A stretch of 64,000 bases of DNA, taken from contig OZ025708.1 in the NCBI GenBank assembly GCA_964019335.1, forward strand, positions 310,001 through 374,000, in the 5' to 3' direction. Source of the DNA: Diplonema japonicum. Lineage: Eukaryota > Protista > Euglenozoa: Diplonemea. A program made the position numbers and the translations under genes. Below are positions 44,870 through 54,308 of this stretch, in pieces; the first letter of the stretch is position 1, and each line of letters starts with the position of its first letter. The notes beneath the pieces are model-generated. The model had not been told where the DNA came from. It saw only the letters and a program-made list of their open reading frames with translations, and did no database searches.

Positions 44870-46475
44870 TCGGAAGTACCTGTACCATACAAGACGGTGT
44901 TGGACCTCAAAGGGCTTGGCGTGAAAATCAACACGCGCAGGACAGGGACGAAATGGAACAAACCGACCACGGATGCGCTTGACTCGCTAGACCGGCTGGG
45001 TTGCACGAGGTTAGCCTTCGAAACGAAAGCACACATGGTCAGCACGACGGTTCTTCCGTCATGCCTCTACAGCGGACCGTTTTCCCCCCCCCATGTGACG
45101 AGACGCTCAAGAAATTGTCGACAAGGGTAACGTGCAACCTATGGAGCCCTCACCACCGTGGACGCTCTCCTACCGCAGTGAACACAGTCCTCTTGAAGGG
45201 GCACACCAAGGATCCCCTCTCCTATGTGATATACCACTCCCTGAAGGTGGTGTCCGGAGCGCTCGACGACGAACGACTACGACAGAGATGCATGCGGATC
45301 GCTGCGGGGTACGGCACGGGGTCCACCCCGATAGGCAACCTGGTCTGTCGGTGGCTCCCCTATATAGGATGGAGCTGGGCGCAATTGCTAGACTGTGGGA
45401 ACAAACCCTGGGCCGAACGCGGACACGTCTTTAGGGACGCGGTGAGGAAAGCCCGGAGCAGGTCGCTGGCGAACGAGAGGAACAGTGAGAGGGATGGAGG
45501 CGGGAGCGGATCCCAAAACCAACCAACTATGGAAAACAGCCAAGGACCCGCTCATGTCCTACTGCCTGAGACGGGTTATCACCGGAGGGGTCCCCTACCT
45601 TAGCCCGCATGCAGGAACGAACCAAAGAAGCGTCCCCCTGGCACCAGAAGGTGACGGCACCGAAGAAGTCGAAGAGAGCATAAGCCAAGTCCCAACAACG
45701 ACAGTACCACGCACACAAGGGTTCAGGTGCGACCTGTGTGAATCACCGTACCCGGACACGGTAACCCTACTCCGCCATCAACTCTACGAGTACGCCTGCG
45801 CAGAGGACATGCCTTTGCGTACCTAGAGAAGCTGCAACGATACTTAGCCGTGGTGGTTGAGAAACGAGACGTAGAGCTCATGCAGAAGGAGGATGTCAAC
45901 ACACAGCCGCTACCGTGGATTCGAAATGTGGTAGGTAAGAAATGCCCCGTTCCGATAGCTGGCGAGCTCGAAGGAGTGAGCGGGGTCCTGTCCCAGTACC
46001 TGAACCCGCTGCTACAATGGTTGTCACAACTGCGCTGGGTGGAGAAGGACACCACCTCGGAGGTGTCGGCGGTGGAACTGGCCATTGACTTCGAATGGAC
46101 GACCGGAAAGTCTTTGAGGCCTGCTGGAAGATAGGGCGCGCAGAATCAAAGCTCTCATCGTAAAGATAAACACAGCATGCAGGGCACGGAAGAAGCGACG
46201 CCCCTTCCCAGCGGACGAGAGAAAAAGAGTGAAGTCCCTCATCGCCATTGGAGGAAAGGCAGCTATTGGTTTCTCCAGGAGGCCTATTTTCGCCACCCGC
46301 TCCACGCACGACAAGCTAGTGGAATTGAAAGCCGACTACAAGCGGGACCACATCACTCGACTCCGCAAGACGCTCACGGCCTCAATCGGAATGAAAGCAA
46401 TGCTCCAGAAGGGGAGTATTAACAGATAGACCCCCCCCTCCCATAGGGCGGCCCTCTAGCGGGGGGCTTGTCCTG
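44870..46475 (+). mobile_element. Decayed non-LTR retrotransposon family A (RT thumb to C-terminus, frameshifted)
   Basis: LKGLGV thumb-like motif, CDLC...H...C knuckle, homology to family B, 3' hairpin, two 5'-truncated relatives. Confidence 0.8.
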
Positions 46476-46854
46476 TGAGTTATTATTTTTCTTCTTTTTT
46501 TTCCCCCCCTTTTTTTTTTTCCATCCGATCACCAACTCCAGCAAGAAAAAATCTGTTTTTTTCTTCTTTCCTCCCGTTTCTTGGGAGGCTGCGGGTATGT
46601 GCAGAGACGTGTCCAAGGGACGGACCTGTAAAGGGCAGCGCCTTTCCGGCGAAGGGGGAACCAGCGATAGAGACCCCCTCTTCTCATCAACTCAATTTTT
46701 TTTTTTTTTTCTTCTCTCATTGACAACATCCACAAAGAAAAAAAAAAAAAAAAAAAAACCAGGGTGTGTGGAGGAACCAAGGGGGAAAGGGGTAAGAAAA
46801 AAAGAAAAAAAAAGAAACAAAAATTTGTTCGGGGTATCACGGGATGCGTGCCTC

Positions 46855-47418
46855 ATGGGGTGCGGTCAGAGCAATGCAGGCAGAACTCGTCTGGACCCAG
46901 AAGTGAAACAGTGGGAAACAGTGAAGCCAGAAAAGAAGAAGGGGACGAAGAAGAAGAAGAAGAAGAAGAGAAAGAAGAAGGCGAAGGGAGACGGCCCGCA
47001 AATCTCACACGAATTCAAATCTTTTGAGAGCGAGGCCACGGCGACGGCCCCGAGTGACAATGAAGGACGCAGGCTATCGAAAAAATCAGATGACGTTCGC
47101 AAGCCGTCGACGAAGCCGGACAACACCGACCGCAAGGACTCCTCTGATGGTCCATTGGAAATGAAACTTTCACAAGAGAATTTAAAAGCCATGGAAAAGC
47201 AGGGCTCCTTGGGCAAACAACGGTCGAAGTCGCTGTCTGAGGTTTTTCAAAAAAAAAAAAAAAAAAATACAAATTCTCCCCAGCGCGTCCCCACTCCGGA
47301 CTCCGATGCGATTGGATCAGGGGAGGAATGGATGTACCAGCTTGACGCGTTGCAAACAGCCTTTGATCAACGGTCTGCCACTAGTAGCCAGTCATCTCTG
47401 CGATCCAGGACTGTATGA
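46855..47418 (+). CDS. Small predicted dually acylated, polybasic protein (MGCGQS); probable intron at 47242-47283
   Basis: MGCxxS myristoyl/palmitoyl motif; Lys run encoded by aag codons rather than a homopolymer; EEWMYQL motif. Confidence 0.7.
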   Translation: MGCGQSNAGRTRLDPEVKQWETVKPEKKKGTKKKKKKKRKKKAKGDGPQISHEFKSFESEATATAPSDNEGRRLSKKSDDVRKPSTKPDNTDRKDSSDGPLEMKLSQENLKAMEKQGSLGKQRSKSLSEVFQKKKKKNTNSPQRVPTPDSDAIGSGEEWMYQLDALQTAFDQRSATSSQSSLRSRTV

Positions 47419-47668
47419 ATGGGATAATTTTAAAAAAAAAAAAAAAAAAAAAGAAGCGGTCAAAGTCTGATGCTGACAAGGTTACCGGGGAGGGGGTCTC
47501 CTTGTAGAAATATGCCATCGAATAAAATTTGATCCCCCCCCCCCCCCCCCTCCTTCCTCGTGGTGCGGCAATAAAAAAAGTAGTTTTGTTGCTCGAAGAG
47601 GAAAAAAGAAAAAGCTGTTTTTACACAAAAGATCAGTCCTCTCTTTTTTCGTTTTTATTATAATTATT

Positions 47669-47975
47669 GGGTGGATAACATGAAAATATAAGAAAAACAT
47701 CAGATGTGTTGTTCGCTGTTGACCTCCTCGTCGGTCATCACCGGTAGCGCCCGAGTGGAAGAACATAATGCAGATGCTCAGGGTGACGAACAGACAGCAA
47801 ACTGCACGAGCGCAGAATCTTGGTTACCCGGGACGCACCGGCTGGGTTGAGCTGTACACCGCACGCATTAAGGACACGACGCGGAACGCAGAAGAAGCTA
47901 CAACTCGGCCCCCTGTAATCAAGTAGACAGTTCTTGTGCAGGGCGCCGCCAACACCGGCCTCCTTTAACTCATAT
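47669..47975 (+). mobile_element. SINE-like element with 5' HDV-like ribozyme, copy 3 (most complete)
   Basis: P2 gctgttg/cagacagc, P3 acc/ggt, L3 tcctcgtc, P1 3' catcacc, P1.1 gg, P4 cgcccgagt/gctc-a-gggtg, J4/2 aCgaa (C47787); P1 5' only 5 bp. Confidence 0.88.
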
Positions 47976-48029
47976 ATTATTATTATTCATACAAAAACCT
48001 TGTCTTTCCAGACAGGTTCATTTACTGGT

Positions 48030-48063
<34 letters not shown>

Positions 48064-48172
48064 GAAAGTACCGTGGTGCTTCTTTGAAAAAGAAGAAAAC
48101 AGGAAGGAGGGGAAGAGGGGTGTTTTTCATTTTCTTTTTCTTTCATAGGTGTTTCATGTTGTTGTTGCTGTT

Positions 48173-48204
<32 letters not shown>

Positions 48205-49224
48205 CTCCTTTTTTTTTTTTTTTTTTTTTTTTTTGCATCGAATTTCTTTTTGTGGTGGGTGGAAATATAAAGAAGTACGAGGTAAATAGAAACTATTACT
48301 GTAATACAAAAAAAAAAAAAAAAAAAAAAAAGCTATTTATTGGCCAACAAATAATGAGTCATTATTTTAACTGGAGTTCCCGAATTTTTTGCACAACGGG
48401 GGGGGGGGGGGGGGGGGGTTGCCCTCATGCAAAAAAACGGTAACGAGTGTTAAAGAATGGCTCATTTGGCGGCAAGTAAATCGTTTTATTTCACTCTTCG
48501 TCATTTGAGACTGCTGTTTTCCTTCCTACACGGGTCCGCTTTTTTTTGGGGGGGGGGAAGCAAAAAGCACGTTATTCCCACTTTTAAGGGCCGGAATGGC
48601 CTCAGATGGCCAAAAAAAAAGTCAAAATACCCCATCCCCCCAAAAAAAAAAGATTTTTCAAGGGGTTGGGTACAATTTTTTTTTTTTCCCAGAAGAGTGG
48701 GAAAAAAAAAAAAAAAAAAACCACATGGACATAGATAACCCTTAAAAACTGCTTGAGGTCCTTCTGGCGGTCCTGCCTCATATCCATCGTCATATACTAC
48801 GTGTTCGTTGGTGTTTTGTTTGAATTACAATATTTTTTTTCTCTAAAAAAGAGGGGGGTGCATCTGTAGTTCTGTACCTCCCCATCCCCCTCCCATGTCC
48901 CATTACGTAGGTTGACAAGTCATCGCATTCGTTATCCGTGTGCTTAGGGCTTGACTGGGGTGTGCAGGGGAAGCGACAGAGCAAAGAAAAAAAAAATTTT
49001 TTTTTTCAGCCTTGCGGGGTATTCTTCCGAATCCCCCCCTTAACCTTTCCCCCCCCCCCCCCTCCCCCCCTTCTTCTCGCACTCACTATTTTTGTTTATT
49101 TTCCCTTTCCCCTATTTTTTTTTTTTCCCCCCCTTCCACATTTTTTTTTTTTTTTCCCCAACACATTACCCCCTCCCAAAAAAAAGAACAGGTGGAGAGG
49201 GGAGGGGAGGGAAAAAAAAGACAA

Positions 49225-49881
49225 ATGCATCCAAACGCCATATATGTCGTTCTCATGATGGTTGCGGTGCCCACAGGGGCAGACACCCACGGGTACACTC
49301 TGGCGGGCGACGGTTGGTGCCGTGACGCTGAAGGGCTCTCTACTGGGTACTGGTTGAGCTGGTCAGTTAAAACAACAGGTGACTGCGCCCAGTGGTGCAA
49401 CAAGTATGAAGGCTGCATCGCGGTGGGTGTCTACAGCCCGCAGTGCGCACTCATGATGGTGGAGGACGACCTCAGTGCACCCCCTGCAGACTGGTCCGTT
49501 TACAAAGGTACCGGTGCAACAAATATCACCACCGGCTCGGGTGTGAAGGGCCCTTCTTGTTATATTAGACCACCTGCTCCTCCTTCAGAGTCGGCTGCAG
49601 GTGCTGCCTCTTCGACGTTCACTCCTCTTGTCCTCTCTCTTTGTTTGCTGTCGTCGGTGTGCATTGCGGTGAGTCTATCGGCCATCCTTTTCCACCACAG
49701 AAGCTCGATGGGTGAAATACTCTGCGGGTCTGGCAAGGAACAGCCCTCGAAGAAGGAGATCACTAAGGAAACGCTGAAACAACAGCTCAAGGCTGAGATG
49801 CTCGCGCTAGACCCCCCCGACCCGTGGACCGTGCACGAGGTGCAGGTGTATAATTCACTGTTGCAAAAAGAAGGAAGGTAG
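49225..49881 (+). CDS. Type I membrane protein with a small Cys-rich PAN/apple-like ectodomain
   Basis: Signal peptide, G.C...CA.WC....GC.A....C pattern, single TM. Confidence 0.7.
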   Translation: MHPNAIYVVLMMVAVPTGADTHGYTLAGDGWCRDAEGLSTGYWLSWSVKTTGDCAQWCNKYEGCIAVGVYSPQCALMMVEDDLSAPPADWSVYKGTGATNITTGSGVKGPSCYIRPPAPPSESAAGAASSTFTPLVLSLCLLSSVCIAVSLSAILFHHRSSMGEILCGSGKEQPSKKEITKETLKQQLKAEMLALDPPDPWTVHEVQVYNSLLQKEGR

Positions 49882-50000
49882 AAATAGATTTTTTTTTTTT
49901 TTTTTCTTTTCTTTTTTTTTTTCTCTTTTTTTTGCAACCCAAAAAAAAAAAATCAAAGGAGGGGAGGAGAAAAAAAAAAAAGGGGGAAAAAAATGCGATC

Positions 50001-51751
50001 ATGGAGATCAATACCATAAGAGCATCACACAGCAGCCCGCAGCACCCGATGGCCACGCGTGTGAGCAGCGAGGTGTCGTGGCGGCCCGTCCCGATCGAGT
50101 GCGACGAGGGTGCCGAGGTCTACTCCGGCCAGCTGATGCACCTTTCAAAGGTAAACAGCATCATCAAAAAGGGAGAAGGCTACAAAAACCGCTTCTGCTT
50201 CGCGAACGACTACGGGATGACAGTGTGGACGAACCAAGAGGCGTGGAGGACGAAAGATTACAGAAGCCAACGCGCAGTCTTCTTCTATTCGGATTTCATA
50301 GAATTTCTCCCGAGGGTACAAGCAGAAGACCCCAACGACACGGCAACATACCACTCACAAGCAGTACGTCACCATCAAGGCACAAACTGGAACTATTTCG
50401 GCTTCCGCGCAAAAGAAGGAAAGCTAATTGTGTTCTCAGTCCCTTCTGAGAGCGACTATTTCGCTTGGAAGGAATTTCTAATAAGACAGGTTGCTTCAAA
50501 ACAAGCTTATCATTCCGCGTACCCTGGAGTAGTCTCCGACAAGGCGACACAAACTACAACAATGGAAAGTTTAAGTCCAAACTTAAACTTCCTTACGGAA
50601 GACGCGGTACAAACCAGCAACAATCCCCTCGAAGCAACTGTCCCGAAATCGACTTTTCAACTGACTGAAAAACAAGGGAATGTTATAAGGTCTTCTGCGG
50701 TACGGGTGTTGGAGTCGCCTATTGAACCGGAACCGCCGTCTCCGAAAGTTATCCTCCACGAGGCAGTTGAGACTACACAGAAGGAAAGTCATCAAAAAGA
50801 ACCGGTTGCTGCAATTGACAAATTGCAAGAACTTGAAAAAAAAGTACGCGAGAAGGAAGCTGAACTGGACAGTCTCAAGAATTGTTCCCCAGTTGTCAGA
50901 TGGGTTGGCGGCGACACCTCATCTGCGACATCGCCTGTTGTAATGCCGAACATCTCTCAAACAGTCGTTTCCGAGCAAATGGAAGAATTGAAACGGCTTC
51001 GCGAGGAGATCGAAGAGTACAGAAAACCGGAGTATGCCCACGCCGCTGCGGAAGTCGTTCGGTTGTCTGTTAAAAACCGCGAGGCGGAGGAGATCATCAC
51101 GGAGCTGAAAAGCAGAATGAGCGGTTCTGGGGGTGATGGCGACGGTATACTAAAGCTCCGAATGCTGAAACAGCACGATGCCTCCAAGAGCAAGGAAAGA
51201 ATGTTAACCCAACAACTAGACATGGCACACCGGTCGAGAGATGCCTTACTGAACTCTTTGCAGCACGAACTGGCCTCGATACGTGACAGTGTGGCAAAAG
51301 ATCAAAACATGACACGAGTGACAGATGATACTTCAGAAGCTGGGGATTACCCCCGGCACAAGGGAGGGGCAGAGTTAATCACAAACACAATGTCGCATCT
51401 GTTGAACTTGAAATTGTTCAGCAAACCGGGGCCTGGTTCGCACCAGTTTCACACGAATTTGTGGACGGACGCGGAGCACTTGTCTCAGATCTCGTCTTTT
51501 GATGACCCTCTCCCGCTGCTCTCTGACGATGGGACTAATAGAAAATTGTTTCCTACTGTGAACAGAACCTGGCGCTTTCAGGACCCCTCCCCCCAAGGCC
51601 ACCAGGTTATCGTCTCTCTTCTTGTTGTGCCCCCTCTCGACCACCCGGCTCAGATCAGGGACAACAACCCGTCCCCTTCTTGGGCGCTGCGATACCGGTC
51701 ACCGTCAAGGAAGCCTACACGGCGGAGGAGAGCCGCCTCCAGATCTTATTG

Positions 51752-51752
<1 letters not shown>
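50001..51752 (+). CDS. Hypothetical protein: PH-like N-terminus plus coiled coils
   Basis: YSGQL...YKNRFCF...FSVPSESDYFAWKEFL; heptad region. Confidence 0.7.
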
Positions 51753-51783
<31 letters not shown>

Positions 51784-51975
51784 ATAGAGTTTTGTTATCT
51801 CCCCCTTTCCTTTTCAAAGTTAGAAAAAAAAAAAACTTTTTTTTTTGTGTTTTTTTTTTTTTTTTTTTTTGTATATTTCCCCCCGTTTTTTTTTTTGTTG
51901 CTGTTCATTGAAAAGATGTGTATTATAATTATTATTATTATTATATTATGAGGGTGGGGGGGAAAAAAAGAGGAA

Positions 51976-52437
51976 ATGGCACCCCGCGATCATAGTGTCG
52001 AATTAGACATCCCGAGGAAGTCCTTCGGTATTCTGTGCGGCAGCAAAGGGTTGACCAAGACGGGGCACGAGTTCAGGCTGGGGGTGAGGATAGATATCCC
52101 GAACAGGGGGCGAGGGGGGAAGGCGAAATGCGTAGGCGATAGGATATTATGCAAAGCGGCTAAAGCAGATCTGGAAGCTCAGTACGGGGTAGCAAGCGAC
52201 AACGAATCCTGGTCCGCGGAGGCCCCGTCTAGAAGGTGCGGGAACAGAGCACCATCGTCGAGATCTTCCTCCTCTTCCTCTTCCTCTTCCACCTCGTCGT
52301 GCAGGGACAGGAGAAGGTCAAGAAGAAAGGAGCAAAGAGGGCGGCAACGCCGAAGAAGCACTTCCTATTCATCACGGACGTCATCGTCCAGTGATTCTCG
52401 CCCACCGAGGAGAAGGGAGAGGGACTACCGTAGGTGA
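51976..52437 (+). CDS. KH-domain protein with an Arg/Ser-rich tail
   Basis: LDIP...FGILCGSKG.....E...GVRIDIP (GxxG loop), followed by RS-rich sequence. Confidence 0.65.
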   Translation: MAPRDHSVELDIPRKSFGILCGSKGLTKTGHEFRLGVRIDIPNRGRGGKAKCVGDRILCKAAKADLEAQYGVASDNESWSAEAPSRRCGNRAPSSRSSSSSSSSSTSSCRDRRRSRRKEQRGRQRRRSTSYSSRTSSSSDSRPPRRRERDYRR

Positions 52438-52466
52438 GCTTTTTTTTTTCGGGTTTGCGAGTTTTA

Positions 52467-52547
52467 GAGCCCCTAGAACGGGGACAACGGGGATTAAGTT
52501 CAGCTGCTGCCGGTGAGCGCAAGAACGCATACTTTAAAAAAGAATAG
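52467..52547 (+). mobile_element. Short 3' end of LINE family B
   Basis: agaacggggacaacgggga...ccggtgagcgcaagaacgcatac...agaatag followed by a T-tract. Confidence 0.85.
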
Positions 52548-52549
52548 TT

Positions 52550-52584
<35 letters not shown>

Positions 52585-52637
52585 CCCCGAGAGAGAAAAA
52601 AAAAAACCAAAGGAAACAAACAAAGAAAAAACAAAAA

Positions 52638-52975
52638 ATGGGTAAGGGAGTCGGCTATCGAACTTCACGCTTTGTGGCTCCTGGGCAGGTGGCCACTGTG
52701 CGGGTACGCAAGTCAGAGTTGTTGGAATATGAGTTCGGAGGGATGTTACGGGGCGGGCTGCCAAAGGGGCACATAGAATGCAGGGCCATGAACCCCACTA
52801 ACGCCACGGCACACCTCGTGGCACCCTGGGCTGGGTCTTGGTATAATGCTTTGGGGAGATTTTTTTTTTTTTTTCTACACACAAAAAAAAAAAAAAAAAA
52901 AAAAGGTATTGGGAGTCTCGGAGCGGTCACCACCAGCGTCCCTTCAACGGCAGTTGTGTAAGTGATATTTCGTGA
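52638..52975 (+). CDS. Possible small (~90 aa) protein with an intron at 52841-52905
   Basis: ATG after an A-tract; GC-rich segments separated by gtata...(A)n-ag. Confidence 0.35.
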
Positions 52976-53111
52976 CTTTTTTTTTTCTGTCGTGTTGTAA
53001 TTGTAACATAAGTTTCTTTTTTCTTTTCTTCTTCTTTATTTACACGAAAAAAAAAGAAAAAAAAATGAATTTTTTTTTATTCCCCCCTATTCTTCCAAAA
53101 TCCCAAAAAAG

Positions 53112-53146
<35 letters not shown>

Positions 53147-53174
53147 CTTTGGGGGGAGGGGAGGGACAACCCAC

Positions 53175-53201
<27 letters not shown>

Positions 53202-53205
<4 letters not shown>

Positions 53206-54308
53206 TAACAATACATACTCTCTCACCGCTTACTGTAAGCAGCCCGGCTGGCTCGCCGTCTGCTCTAAGCATGCAGCGAAACCGGTCGGGAAGCCTTCGG
53301 AAAGGAAACCGCTCGCGGTCCATCAGCGTGAAGAAACCAAGCCACGGGTCGGTGGGGAGCCCCGTGGGCAGGGGTCGGAAAGTGTCATTCTATGAAGGCC
53401 CACGCGCACCAGGCCCCGCGACCAGCGTAATGTCAAGCCCAATAGTACGCGCGAGCTCATTCTCAAACTCAATTCTCAAGAAAACACCGACCACGGCAAC
53501 GATCGACCCATCGGAAGGGCTCACCCCGATGGTATTCCCTACAACGGTAACAGACCCTGGTCTGCCCTCTACAAAACGAGGGTACTTAAACAAATATTCC
53601 CTCGGACGTTCAAGATTCTTGGGCAGAAGAAACTGGCGGGAACGATGGTTCGAGGCAACACCAATGGGGTTAGCTTACTACAAACAAAATACCGATCGGA
53701 ATTTTGTGTATGAAGTCAGATTCGGGCCTAAAGACCCAAGGCAATGCTCGCACTGCACGTCAATGGGAAGAGGGAGGTACACTGTGTACGACTGCGACAA
53801 ATGCAATTCTTTAAACAACTCCAACAAACCTCCAACGTTTTTACGACCATCGTTGTCGGGGAGATCCTTCCCATACTTGGACAGGTCGCAGGGTGATGTG
53901 TATTTCGGCTTGTCTTTTTGGCAAAGCGGGAGAGAATTTACACTAGTTATGCAGGCTTCTGATGCGGCTGCAAAGGCGCAATGGGTTCAGTTCTTGCACC
54001 AATATAGTTCGATTCATGAAGAGGCTCTTGGGTTGGGCTCTCCGATTCGATCGCCTGTAGCAGCCTCCCCCGGACCCATGTTCGAGGAGATGAATCTAGA
54101 ATCGAGTTGTGGTTCGTCGTCTTCTACCTCTCTTGACTTCACCGCCACTACCACCGACCCTGAATTAACACCTACTACTCCTCTTATGTCAGGGGTTTCG
54201 AGTTTTTCGAGGCTTCAGCGAGTGGTCCAGCCGCAGTCTGTTGGTGTGTCGAATTCTGTTTTGCCTCAACAACCCCGGAGGGCATCTATAATTCGAACAA
54301 AGTCGTGA
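53202..54308 (+). CDS. PH-domain protein with an inserted CxxC...CxxC zinc ribbon
   Basis: KRGYLNK......NWRERWF.....LAYYK; LVMQASD...KAQWV; CSHC...CDKC. Confidence 0.8.

Noticed and set aside
52800-52845. ingi/L1Tc-signature-like HDV motif
   Set aside because: No matching P1 or P2 partner strands.
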